A stretch of 64,000 nt of DNA from assembly GCA_964519665.1 (NCBI GenBank), contig CAZFIV010000011.1, positions 35,234-99,233 on the forward strand, given 5' to 3'. The stretch comes from an uncultured Myxococcales bacterium (GTDB taxonomy: Bacteria; Myxococcota; Kuafuiibacteriia; Kuafuiibacteriales; Kuafuiibacteriaceae). The position numbers and the translations under genes are program-made. The notes beneath the pieces were generated by a model that saw only the letters and a list, made by a program, of their open reading frames with translations, was not told where the DNA came from and searched no databases. Of the stretch, positions 1 through 10,565 are shown piece by piece; position 1 is the stretch's first letter, and each line of letters starts with the position of its first letter.

Positions 1-448
1 AGGTGACGATTCGAACCAGGAGGTCGTTCGGGTGCTTCAGCTTCGGATGGTGGAGCACCGCCAAGAGGGCGCCGATGGCGCCGGGAGCGACCAGCATGTC
101 GGCATTCGGTAGCTCGTCGGGCCCGAAGCTGCGCAGGCGAACCTCGTCGGGTTTGGTGCGCAGCCACTGCATGTCGAACCAGGTGCGCCCGCCGAAGCGG
201 AGCTCGACCAAGACCTTCTTTTCGTCGGTTTCCAGGATCTCGTCTTGAATGGTCCGAAGGAGCACTCGGAAGCGGTCGAAGAGGTCGAGGGGAATGATGA
301 GCCCTTCTTTACGGGCGGTGTTCTCGAGCTCGTAGAGGTAAGTGCCGCGGGGGTCGAGGGTGCGTCGGAGAACGAAGCGATGCCAGCGGTCGTGCTTGGC
401 AATCACCAGCTGGGCGCGATCCGTGGCGCTGTCGAGGGACGTGGCCAT
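1..448 (-). CDS. Hypothetical protein, partial (N-terminal ~149 aa; C-terminus runs off the window edge). Not present in the supplied ORF track.
   Basis: Reverse-strand ATG at 448..446 opens a frame with no stop down to position 1. The translation MATSLDSATDRAQLVIAKHDRWHRFVLRRTLDPRGTYLYELENTARKEGLIIPLDLFDRFRVLLRTIQDEILETDEKKVLVELRFGGRTWFDMQWLRTKPDEVRLRSFGPDELPNADMLVAPGAIGALLAVLHHPKLKHPNDLLVRIVT has strong GC third-position bias and a protein-like composition. Listed ORFs 3..248, 37..402 and 245..472 are low-complexity, out-of-frame shadows. It starts 10 nt downstream of the motB stop on the same strand. Confidence 0.55.
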   Translation of the reverse strand, partial: MATSLDSATDRAQLVIAKHDRWHRFVLRRTLDPRGTYLYELENTARKEGLIIPLDLFDRFRVLLRTIQDEILETDEKKVLVELRFGGRTWFDMQWLRTKPDEVRLRSFGPDELPNADMLVAPGAIGALLAVLHHPKLKHPNDLLVRIVT

Positions 449-458
449 CGGCACCATC

Positions 459-1115
459 CTACCGGATCATGATTGAAACCCGCCTGTTTTCGGCCCGCGC
501 GTGGTCGAGCGCCTCACCTTCGAGCCCGTCGATGGGCATTTTGGGCTTCGTATCGGCGTAACCCACGATGCGGAGGCGGTCCGGCGTGAATTCGGCGTCG
601 AGCAGCCGCTGCAGAACGCTGCTGGCCCGGCGCCCGCTCAAGGACCAGTTGGTGTCGACCTCTTCGCCTTTTCGCCGGAACAGGGGCACGTCGTCGGTGT
701 GACCCTCGATGTCGAGCTTGTACTTGGTCCTCAGGACCAGGTCGAGGACCGGCTGCAGCGAGTCGAGGGAGCCCTCCTTGAGGACCGCGCTGCCCGAGTC
801 GAACAGGGCCGCGGTATCGAGGTCGACCCGCACCCCCTCATCGGTCATATGCACCGACACGCCGGGAATGCCGGGCTCTTCCGTCACGATGGTGTCGAGC
901 TTCACCGACAGCTCCTGCAGGGTGTTCTCGGTCGTGCCCGACATGGCGCTTCGCACCCGCTCGAAGTCGACGGTGTCGACCTTGCTGACGCTGACGAGCA
1001 TGATGAAAAACACGCACAGCAAGATCATGACGTCGCTGAGGCTGATGAAGAAGGCGTTGGTTTCGTTGCCCGCCACGCCCGCTGGCCGGCCCCCGTCGAG
1101 ATCACTCAGCTTCAT
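459..1115 (-). CDS. motB: MotB/OmpA-family stator protein (N-terminal TM helix with conserved Asp, C-terminal OmpA-like peptidoglycan-binding domain)
   Basis: 218 aa. TM segment FFISLSDVMILLCVFFIMLV carries the Asp typical of the MotB/TolR/ExbD proton-relay helix. The C-terminus has the OmpA_C-like signature (NWSLSGRRASSVLQRL..RIVGYADTKP...NRRVSIMI). It overlaps the upstream motA-like gene by 14 nt. Confidence 0.75.
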   Translation of the reverse strand: MKLSDLDGGRPAGVAGNETNAFFISLSDVMILLCVFFIMLVSVSKVDTVDFERVRSAMSGTTENTLQELSVKLDTIVTEEPGIPGVSVHMTDEGVRVDLDTAALFDSGSAVLKEGSLDSLQPVLDLVLRTKYKLDIEGHTDDVPLFRRKGEEVDTNWSLSGRRASSVLQRLLDAEFTPDRLRIVGYADTKPKMPIDGLEGEALDHARAENRRVSIMIR

Positions 1116-1896
1116 CTTCGACCGGCCTCGGCACGTGAGCGACCGTGAATTCGCGCTCTTCGCGGGTCAGAAGGATTCCGATCCGGCTCAACAGCTGCTT
1201 ATGGCTGTCGAGAAAGACCGCGTTGTGGTGCTCGAGCCGGCCTGCGAGCGGCGTGAACACCAGCGATCCCAGACCGGCCCCGTAGGCGGTGGTCATCAGG
1301 GCGGTCGACATCGATGATCCGATCGTCGACGGGTCGTTCATCGAGCGAAGCACGCCGATCAGACCCAACACCGTTCCGAACAGGCCCAGGGCGGGGGCGG
1401 TGAGGGCGGCTCGCCGCAGGACGTCGGCGGATATCCTCCGAGTGGCGTACTCGTCTTCGAGTCGGGCGGTGACGAACTGGTTGATCTCGTCGAACAGGAG
1501 CCCCTGGTTGTACATATAGACGACGTCGTTCAGAAGCTCGCCGTCGACCCGCTCCCCGTCGCGAAGGGTCGCGAGGTGCTCATTCTTCATGATCGCGTCG
1601 TCGACCTCGTGCAGCATCCGGTGCACCGACGGGTCTTGGGCCCGGAAGAACGAACGAAGCACCGCGACGAGGGTCACCGCCAACGAGCGAAAGTCGTATT
1701 GCAGAAGGGTCGTCGCCAGCGTGCCCACGCCCACGATGATCAAGCTCGGGCGGTGAAACAGCTGGTCGATCGAGCTAGCCTCGTTGATTCCGTAGGCGAC
1801 CGCGGCGAGCCCGAAGATGCTGATCAGGGCGGATGCCCAGTCTCGCCCGGTTTTTGGCCGGGGGAGGTACGTCTTACTGTGTAGACCCTGTTCCAT
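1102..1896 (-). CDS. motA: MotA/PomA-type proton channel (MotA/TolQ/ExbB family) with 4 TM helices and a long cytoplasmic loop between TM2 and TM3
   Basis: 264 aa. Two N-terminal TM segments (ALISIFGLAAVAYGI; LIIVGVGTLATTLLQY), a ~90 aa charged loop, then TM3/TM4 (ALGLFGTVLGLIGVL; MSTALMTTAYGAGLGSLVFTPLAG) with the conserved MotA C-terminal channel motifs. Directly upstream of, and overlapping, motB. Confidence 0.75.
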   Translation of the reverse strand: MEQGLHSKTYLPRPKTGRDWASALISIFGLAAVAYGINEASSIDQLFHRPSLIIVGVGTLATTLLQYDFRSLAVTLVAVLRSFFRAQDPSVHRMLHEVDDAIMKNEHLATLRDGERVDGELLNDVVYMYNQGLLFDEINQFVTARLEDEYATRRISADVLRRAALTAPALGLFGTVLGLIGVLRSMNDPSTIGSSMSTALMTTAYGAGLGSLVFTPLAGRLEHHNAVFLDSHKQLLSRIGILLTREEREFTVAHVPRPVEDEAE

Positions 1897-2986
1897 CGGG
1901 TTCGAGCTCCTCTTGCTGCGATTGGTCTTGCTGCGACAGCTCCCATCGCGTGATGGACTCTTGAACGGCTCGCGCGAAGGCGTCGGGATCGGTGCGGGCG
2001 CAGGGTTGGAAGCGGATCAGCTCGTTTCGGTGCAGGAACAGCAGCACCTGATGCCCCCGACGCAGCTGGTTGATCAACATCTCTTCGGCCGGGTTTTGGG
2101 ACTCGATGACCCGAGTGCGTCGATTCTCTTCTCGGATCTTCAACTTGCCCTCGGCCACGTGGAGAACCTCGGCGAGCACCATCGCGGGTGGCGAGGGCGA
2201 CCGTTCGTGAAAGAAAACCCCGACCACCGCGCCGTCCTGAATGCTCACCAGGCACTGGTCTTCGACGGCCGGAAAGACCCATAAGGCGACGAGCGGCACC
2301 GAGAAGACCTTGCGGCCCGACTTGAGCGCGACGAAGCGGGTTTCGAGGTCGACCTCGTGCACCTGCGCCTGGCGAACCTGCGAGGGCAGCATGTTTTGGG
2401 CCGCGAGCGCCTTCGTGGCCTCGGCGTGGGCTTTTTTGACCATGTTCACCTCGCGGGTGAGGTCATCGAGCTTGGCCTGCAGAAGCTCGTTTTGCTCCTT
2501 GAGCTCGTCGCGCTCCCGTTTGAGGGCCTCCACCTCTTTGCGTTTGCCTCCCTGCGAACGGCCCTTTTCTTCTCGAAGGCGGGCCAGCTCGGTCTGGTAG
2601 GCTTCGACCTCGGCGTAGAACTTCGCGAGCAGTGGTCCGACCCGGTTCTTGGCGGGAAGGCGCAGGGTCAGCGCGGGGACATAGGTCGCGGCCACCGGTG
2701 GCGCGTCGGCGGACGGCTGCTGAGCGGCCAGCCGAACCCGGTAGCCCAACCGGACCTCGTCGAGGGTCGCCAGGACGTTCTCGAGGTTCAGCGCGAATCC
2801 ATTGGCGTCGAGGACGGTGTCGACGACCTCCGGTGCCGGACGATACGCGACGCGGTCGACGGTCGTATAAACGAGCTGGCGCTCCCCGTCGCGCCCCGCG
2901 CCGGATAGCTTTTCGTCGAAGTCGGCCTGGTCGAGGTCGTATTGACCGGGTTCAACGGCGATCTGATATAGGTTGTCTTCGCCCAC
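1874..2986 (-). CDS. Coiled-coil protein with a ~110 aa N-terminal domain, a central Glu/Lys/Arg-rich coiled coil, and a C-terminal beta-rich domain that may be a degenerate PilZ-like fold (inference)
   Basis: 370 aa. The central segment AYQTELARLREEKG...KEVEALKRERDELKEQNELLQAKLDDLTREVNMVKKAHAEATKALAAQ is heptad-like. The C-terminal GRKVFSVPLV...VSIQDGAVVGVFF loosely resembles the PilZ RxxxR/DxSxxG arrangement. It overlaps the motA start by 23 nt, so it is probably in the same operon. Confidence 0.5.
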   Translation of the reverse strand: MGEDNLYQIAVEPGQYDLDQADFDEKLSGAGRDGERQLVYTTVDRVAYRPAPEVVDTVLDANGFALNLENVLATLDEVRLGYRVRLAAQQPSADAPPVAATYVPALTLRLPAKNRVGPLLAKFYAEVEAYQTELARLREEKGRSQGGKRKEVEALKRERDELKEQNELLQAKLDDLTREVNMVKKAHAEATKALAAQNMLPSQVRQAQVHEVDLETRFVALKSGRKVFSVPLVALWVFPAVEDQCLVSIQDGAVVGVFFHERSPSPPAMVLAEVLHVAEGKLKIREENRRTRVIESQNPAEEMLINQLRRGHQVLLFLHRNELIRFQPCARTDPDAFARAVQESITRWELSQQDQSQQEELEPDGTGSTQ

Positions 2987-3020
2987 TGCTAACGAAGCTC
3001 CGGTCGGTACAAGCCGGGGG

Positions 3021-3056
3021 CTTGATGTAGCAGAGAAAGCCGCTGACCGCCAGCGG
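3021..3056 (-). terminator. Candidate intrinsic terminator downstream of rluA (minus strand)
   Basis: Inverted repeat CCGCTG-accgc-CAGCGG at 3040..3056. On the minus strand it is followed by a CTTTCTCTGCT pyrimidine/T-rich tract (3021..3039). It lies 12 nt after the rluA stop. The stem is short, so this is weak. Confidence 0.25.
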
Positions 3057-3067
3057 GGGCCGCGAGG

Positions 3068-3847
3068 TCAGCGAGGGGGCCTTGGGGGCGCATTCGCGGG
3101 CTGTCCTCGGCGCAGAACTTCGAGCCAGCGACTCAGGTCGGGAGGCAGGTCCGCCCGAAACTCCATCGTTCGACCGGTGTACGGATGAACGAAACCCAGC
3201 TTGCCGGCATGAAGAAAGATGCGGTGGCGCTTTTGGGCCCGCGACGCCCGCGCGTGGTCCAGGTATTTTTTCTCGCCGAGCAACGGGTGACCAAAATCGG
3301 CGAGCTGAACCCGGATCTGGTTGCGGAGCCCGGTTTCTAGCCACAGAGTGAGGCGGGTCGCGTCGACGGCCTCCAGCCGTTCCCGCACCGCGAACCGAGT
3401 GACGGCGAGGCGAGCTTTCGGGTGAGGCGACGGAACGCTATAGACCTTCAATGAAGGGTGATCGGTCCGAAGGAGGCTGCGCAGTTCGCCTTCGTCGTCA
3501 GCGATCAGGCCTCGCGTCATCCCCCAGTACTCGCGCCGGGCCTCGTGGGAGCGAAACTGTTCGACCAGTCCCTCGTAGCTGTCCCGATGCTGAGCGTACA
3601 CCAGGAGCCCGGAGACGACCCGATCGAGTCGATGGACCGCGAACAAGTTGGCCCGGGGGTCTCGCTTACGGAGAAACGTTCTCAGCAGTCCGAACAGGTT
3701 GGGGTCGCCGTCGGCGGTGCCTTGTGAGAGCAAGCCGGCCTTCTTTTCGACGACCACGATCGATGGGTCGATGTGGCGAATCAAGAATGGCAGTCCCGGA
3801 CGCCACCCCGGGGGTGAAGGACGACGCGAAGGTGGAGCGGTCTTCAT
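3068..3847 (-). CDS. RluA-family 23S rRNA/tRNA pseudouridine synthase
   Basis: Contains the HRLDRVVSGLLVYA catalytic-Asp motif and the conserved RluA core (REYWGMTRG...LHAGKLGFVHPYTG). The track ORF 3068..4324 is over-extended through low-complexity Pro/Arg/Gly sequence. The start was set to the ATG at 3847 (MKTAPPS...), 5 nt after the SDR stop. Confidence 0.8.
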   Translation of the reverse strand: MKTAPPSRRPSPPGWRPGLPFLIRHIDPSIVVVEKKAGLLSQGTADGDPNLFGLLRTFLRKRDPRANLFAVHRLDRVVSGLLVYAQHRDSYEGLVEQFRSHEARREYWGMTRGLIADDEGELRSLLRTDHPSLKVYSVPSPHPKARLAVTRFAVRERLEAVDATRLTLWLETGLRNQIRVQLADFGHPLLGEKKYLDHARASRAQKRHRIFLHAGKLGFVHPYTGRTMEFRADLPPDLSRWLEVLRRGQPANAPPRPPR

Positions 3848-3852
3848 GCGAC

Positions 3853-4683
<831 letters not shown>

Positions 4684-4756
4684 GACAGGTCGCCCAGCCT
4701 ACCATGAGACTGGCGACGCGGCGGAAACTCGGCGGCCACTGGCTCTGCGGAGCGGA

Positions 4757-5908
4757 TCAGGGGTCGAGGCGCTCGACCACGGTGGGTTGATGGCCTTCCA
4801 CTGCCCACCGGAACTCAGCCGACCGGCGGTCTCGATCGACGGATAGGGCGACCACGGTGCCCGGCCGAAGCGAGCGCGGATATTCTCGCCCGAGGAGTTG
4901 GCCGACGAAAATCCCCAGCGTCGGTTGATGACCAACCATCAGCAGACCTTGAATGGACGCTTCACTCGCGACGACCAGGTCGACCAACGTATCGATGGTC
5001 GGAGGTTCGGCGATCGTCTCGAGGGCGGAGACCCGCTCGTCGATGCCCAGCGCATCGGCGAAGATCTCGGCGGTCTGGACGGCCCGAACGAGAGGGCTCG
5101 TCCACACGGTGTCGATCACCTCCGGACGTTCGACCAACAGGCGCCCGGTCGCCCGAGCCCGGCGGCGACCGAAGCCGGTAAGGCTGCGCTGACGGTCGGG
5201 CATCGAATGGCCGGGTTCGGCTTCCTCGTGGCGAGCGACGTAAAGTTTGACCTCCACTGGAGAACGGTACGCCGGACGCACCGTCGGACCAAGTGCGACT
5301 TGCGTCTCATCCTCCGGCGGAGGCCTATATTCTATAGGTGATACCCGAGCCAATTCGAAGGCTCGTCGGGACATGGCCTCGTAGTGATGGCCGATTTCGA
5401 CCTGCGCGCCAGACCACACGCGCCGACCTTCCGCATCGAGGCGGGCGTTCATGGTCGCTTTTTGTCCGGTTCGGCATACCGTCTTGATCTCCTGGAGCTC
5501 CTCTGCCCACGCGAGCAGATAGCGGCTTCCTTCGAACGGCTCCCCTCGGAAGTCCGTGCGCAAGCCGTACGTCAGAACCGGGATGTTCAGCTCATCGACG
5601 ACCAAGGTGAGCTGTAGAACTTGCGCGGCGGTCAAGAACTGGGCCTCGTCAACGAGTACGCAGTGCACCGAATCTCGCTGGTGTTCGGTCCGAACGTGCA
5701 AGTACAGGTCGTACGCGGGGTCGAAGGTCGTGGCGTCCGCTTGCAGTCCGATCCGGCTCGTGATCTTGCCGATGCCGTAGCGGTCGTCGACCTGGGGGGC
5801 GAACAGCAACGTGCGCATGCCCCGCTCCTGATAGTTGTAGGCCGACTGCAACAGATTCGTGCTCTTGCCGGCGTTCATCGCCGAATAGTAGAAGTACAGC
5901 TTGGCCAC
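4757..5908 (-). CDS. tdk: Thymidine kinase (Tdk, type II) fused in-frame to a C-terminal SixA-like histidine-phosphatase (phosphohistidine phosphatase) domain
   Basis: The N-terminal ~195 aa align along their whole length with E. coli Tdk ([33 protein letters not shown]...VLVDEAQFL...[44 protein letters not shown]). After a Pro-rich linker comes a ~160 aa histidine-phosphatase branch-1 domain ([11 protein letters not shown]...[13 protein letters not shown]...[10 protein letters not shown]). This is a single 383-aa ORF with no internal stop. Confidence 0.8.
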   Translation of the reverse strand: MAKLYFYYSAMNAGKSTNLLQSAYNYQERGMRTLLFAPQVDDRYGIGKITSRIGLQADATTFDPAYDLYLHVRTEHQRDSVHCVLVDEAQFLTAAQVLQLTLVVDELNIPVLTYGLRTDFRGEPFEGSRYLLAWAEELQEIKTVCRTGQKATMNARLDAEGRRVWSGAQVEIGHHYEAMSRRAFELARVSPIEYRPPPEDETQVALGPTVRPAYRSPVEVKLYVARHEEAEPGHSMPDRQRSLTGFGRRRARATGRLLVERPEVIDTVWTSPLVRAVQTAEIFADALGIDERVSALETIAEPPTIDTLVDLVVASEASIQGLLMVGHQPTLGIFVGQLLGREYPRSLRPGTVVALSVDRDRRSAEFRWAVEGHQPTVVERLDP

Positions 5909-5966
5909 ATCGGAAGCGTATGGCTCGGTCTTATCCGCGGGTCCAGCGGGCGGGGTGGCTTTCCGG

Positions 5967-6725
5967 ATGCTGGTCGTGGGTTTTCTCGCGCTGTCGGGCT
6001 GCTATCACCATCATCGTTCCGCGGGCTCGGCGCCCGCCTTGCCCGAATGGCGCCCCCCGTTGCCGAAGGCCCAAAGCGGCGTCTACGCGGTACGAGGACC
6101 CAACGGTATCGTCGGCGTGGAGGCCTTCACGGTGACCTCCTCGTCGGCCGAGTGGGCCGTACGCAGTCGCCGACAAACACCAGGGGGCGAAGAGGGCTTC
6201 GAGCTCAGGATCGATCCGACGACGGCCGAGCCGATCGGGTTCGAGTGCTGGCGGGCGGTGCAAGGGCTCCGTCGCGTGGTCCGGGGCGAACGAAAGGGTG
6301 CTTGGTTCGAAGTTCGGGCTGCCGGGATGGGTGGAGCGTCCGCTCGGCGGGTCTCCTACGCCCCGGGGACCATGATCGACGCCCCGAGCCCGGCCATGAA
6401 GGGCGCTTTTTTGGCGCTCTTGGCCCTCCGAATGGCCCGCGGTCGTCCGATTCCAGTGCGAACGATTCGGATCGATGGACCGCACCTGAGGCCGCGGGTC
6501 GTGCTGTCGACTTTCGAAGGACGGGGCGAGGATGGCGCCCAGCTCTTGGTGCGGTTGAGTCGACCGGGTGAGCCCTCAATAGGGCTTTGGGTTCGCGCCG
6601 ATGGCTGGCCGGTGCGGATGCGGGCGCTCGATACGAATCGCCAGGTCGGCTGGTCGTGGAATCTGACGACGCCGTCACCGGCGACGGGGCGAGTCAGCGG
6701 AAGGTCGTCGACCCTCGGTCGGTGA
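5967..6725 (+). CDS. Hypothetical lipoprotein
   Basis: Internal ATG ([16 protein letters not shown]) gives a signal peptide with an L-A-L-S-G-C lipobox. GC3-biased frame. No recognisable domain. Confidence 0.45.
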   Translation: MLVVGFLALSGCYHHHRSAGSAPALPEWRPPLPKAQSGVYAVRGPNGIVGVEAFTVTSSSAEWAVRSRRQTPGGEEGFELRIDPTTAEPIGFECWRAVQGLRRVVRGERKGAWFEVRAAGMGGASARRVSYAPGTMIDAPSPAMKGAFLALLALRMARGRPIPVRTIRIDGPHLRPRVVLSTFEGRGEDGAQLLVRLSRPGEPSIGLWVRADGWPVRMRALDTNRQVGWSWNLTTPSPATGRVSGRSSTLGR

Positions 6726-7116
6726 CCGTCCGTCGGTTCAGTTCGGCCGTGATCGCTTCGAGCAAGGTGACTTCCTTATCGGAATCATGCGTGGTCGGGC
6801 CCCACGCGGGACGCCCGTCGCTTTGCGTCTGAGCCTGCGACTGGTGCCGCACGTATACGATCAGGGTCCCGTCGGGCTCACTGTGCTCCCACCGGACGAC
6901 GTACCGTTCCCGGTTTCGGTCGATCCCGTCGCTGATGAACAGGTACTCGCTCGTGATCTCGTGTTTCGCGACGTTCCAGGCGGCAACGTCGAGCTGCTGG
7001 GCGGCAAGCGCCTTCAGCACGGCCGGACCGGCTTCATCCGGATGGATCCGAAAGCTGCGCCAAGTGGCCGGAAGCAGGTAGCTGCAAGCCGCCATCAGGA
7101 GCGCGCACAGGCTCAT
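6694..7116 (-). CDS. Hypothetical small lipoprotein (the track ORF extends to 7191)
   Basis: MSLCALLMAACS lipobox-like N-terminus, reached by starting at an internal Met; the preceding sequence is Arg/Pro-rich. Directly downstream of atpA on the same strand. Function unknown. Confidence 0.35.
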   Translation of the reverse strand: MSLCALLMAACSYLLPATWRSFRIHPDEAGPAVLKALAAQQLDVAAWNVAKHEITSEYLFISDGIDRNRERYVVRWEHSEPDGTLIVYVRHQSQAQTQSDGRPAWGPTTHDSDKEVTLLEAITAELNRRTVTDRGSTTFR

Positions 7117-7231
7117 CAAGGTTGCCGACTGACGAATGGGGCGCCGAACGGACACGGGGCGCCGAGGACGCATGGGGCGCGTTGGGCGCATGATTCGGGC
7201 GTGAATGATCGGTTCGCAGGGTCGCCGGTCA

Positions 7232-8806
<1,575 letters not shown>

Positions 8807-8917
8807 GCCGTGACCCGCCTACCAGGGTGCCGTTGACAAAATCAACCTAAACCGAAGGCCGGTTCGAACCTGCTCTGAAGGTGGTGCGGAGTGGCTCGCA
8901 GTGGGGCTGCGGCAGGG

Positions 8918-9463
8918 TCAGACCAGGCGGAGAGTTTCGCTGAGCTTCGCGAGTTCGGCCTTGATAGTTCCGTCGTAAACCAGGGTTCCGATTTCGGCTC
9001 GGACGCCACCGATAAGGGAAGGATCGACCACGATCGTGAGGTCGAGGGTCTTGCCGGTTCGACGTTCGAGGGCCGCCTTCAGCTGGGCCTGGGTCTGTTC
9101 ATTGAGCTCGGCGGCCGTCCGGATGGTCGCCACGGCGCGGTTGAGTCGCTCGTCGACGAGGGCGGAGAAGGTTTCGCTGATGCTCTCGACCTCGGACTGG
9201 CGGTCGCGCTCGATCAGCACCCGAATGAACTTCTGGGTCTGCTCACCCAGCTCCATCCGCGACATGACCGCCGAGACGGTCTGATCCCGCTCCTCGTCGC
9301 TGAAAGTGGGATTGAATAGCACATTGCCCAGGTCCGGGCTCTCGCGGACGGCGGTCGCGAAACTCTCGAGCTCCTGAGCGACCCTTTCGGCGTTGTCGTC
9401 GCCGATCGAGGCGAGCAGTGCTTCGGCGTACCGCCGGGCGGCTTGGGACGTTGAGGAAGCCAT
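8918..9463 (-). CDS. atpH: F1Fo ATP synthase subunit delta (OSCP)
   Basis: 181 aa OSCP-like protein (RYAEALL...; C-terminal TIVVDPSLIGGVRAEIGTLVYDGTIK). Located between atpF and atpA. Confidence 0.85.
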   Translation of the reverse strand: MASSTSQAARRYAEALLASIGDDNAERVAQELESFATAVRESPDLGNVLFNPTFSDEERDQTVSAVMSRMELGEQTQKFIRVLIERDRQSEVESISETFSALVDERLNRAVATIRTAAELNEQTQAQLKAALERRTGKTLDLTIVVDPSLIGGVRAEIGTLVYDGTIKAELAKLSETLRLV

Positions 9464-9487
9464 GGCTTGGGAACCCTACCCCGCAGC

Positions 9488-10078
9488 TTACGCGCGGGAC
9501 GCGTTCTCAGCATCGAGCTGAGTCACGTATTGCTCGGCCAGCCGGCGCTGGTCGTCATTGTTGATTCGCTGCTTCACGAGACGTTCGGCGGCCTGAAGGG
9601 TCGCGGTCACGGCGCTTTCGCGGATCGCTTGCTCGGCCTTGAGCACCTCTTGTTTGATCGAGTTTTCGTTGTCGCGGGCGAGGCGCTGGATCGCTTTTTC
9701 GGTCTCTTCCCGCATCCGCTCGACGTCCGCTTCGGCCTGCGCTTCGTAGCTCTGTACGATCCGATGAACTTCTTGCTCGAGGTTCTCGAGCTTTTTTGCG
9801 AACTCGGCGGCCTTGGCCTCGGCTTCCGCCTGCTTGCGCTTGGCCTCCTCGAGCTGGTCCGCCATCGAAGCTCGGCGGTTGACGAGGGCGTTCGACAGCA
9901 TCGGTCGGAGCTTCCAAATCAGAAACCCGAAGAACAGCGCGAAGTTCAGGAACATCGGGAGCTGTTCGAGCAGGAATTCGCCGAAGCTCGGCGGACCATG
10001 ATGCCCTACGGCTTCCCCATGGCCGGCTTCGCCGCCCGCGGCGAGGAGGGTCAGGAGCAGAGCGGCTGCGCTATTCAT
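9488..10078 (-). CDS. atpF: F1Fo ATP synthase subunit b
   Basis: 196 aa. N-terminal TM helix followed by a long Ala/Glu/Lys-rich coiled coil typical of Fo b. Within the atp gene order. Confidence 0.85.
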   Translation of the reverse strand: MNSAAALLLTLLAAGGEAGHGEAVGHHGPPSFGEFLLEQLPMFLNFALFFGFLIWKLRPMLSNALVNRRASMADQLEEAKRKQAEAEAKAAEFAKKLENLEQEVHRIVQSYEAQAEADVERMREETEKAIQRLARDNENSIKQEVLKAEQAIRESAVTATLQAAERLVKQRINNDDQRRLAEQYVTQLDAENASRA

Positions 10079-10509
10079 GAAAGCGTCCTCCCCAGGAGCT
10101 TCGAGGCAGTGGTCTGGGCGAGCTCCTGCGCTTGGCCTTCGATCTCTTCCATCGCGTTTTTTCGTTTCTCGTCGAGTTGCGCCATCGCTTTGTCGAGGGC
10201 GACGGCCAGGCTCGCTCGCTGCTCCTCGATCCGTACCGCCAGTTGCGCCTGGGCCTTGGTCCGGATGCTGTCGCGAGCCTCCAGGCCCCGAGTGGTGGCC
10301 ACTTTGATACGTTCCGCGAACCTCTCGGCCTGCTCTTCCGCCCGTTTGAGCATCTTCTCGGAACGCTCGATCGAACCGTCGAGTTGTTCGTGCCGCTCTT
10401 CGAGGTGTTTCACGAACGGGCCGATCACGAGCCAGTTCATGAACACCAGCATGATGGCGATCAGAGCGAGAACAAACGCGATGGTAATGTTCAGGTCGAG
10501 CGACAGCAC
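10075..10509 (-). CDS. atpF2: F1Fo ATP synthase subunit b' (second b-type stalk subunit)
   Basis: 144 aa. N-terminal TM (ITIAFVLALIAIMLVFMNWLVIG) plus a charged coiled coil. Its stop overlaps the atpF start by 4 nt (ATGA). Confidence 0.8.
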   Translation of the reverse strand: MLSLDLNITIAFVLALIAIMLVFMNWLVIGPFVKHLEERHEQLDGSIERSEKMLKRAEEQAERFAERIKVATTRGLEARDSIRTKAQAQLAVRIEEQRASLAVALDKAMAQLDEKRKNAMEEIEGQAQELAQTTASKLLGRTLS

Positions 10510-10565
10510 GGGGCCCCGATAGCCAGGTGGCTGTGACGAGTCAAGGAGTGGTATGGACCCTAGAG

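Noticed and set aside
3-472. Track ORFs 3..248(+), 37..402(-), 245..472(+)
   Set aside because: These are low-complexity translations out of frame with the GC3 periodicity. The coding frame here is the minus-strand frame starting at 448 (see the partial CDS).
459-2986. Zorya-like anti-phage system (MotA/MotB homologs with a coiled-coil component)
   Set aside because: ZorA has a very long C-terminal tail and Zorya includes ZorC/ZorD-type genes. Here MotA is a normal 264-aa stator subunit, and no nuclease or helicase partner is present. The resemblance is only that of a MotAB pair.
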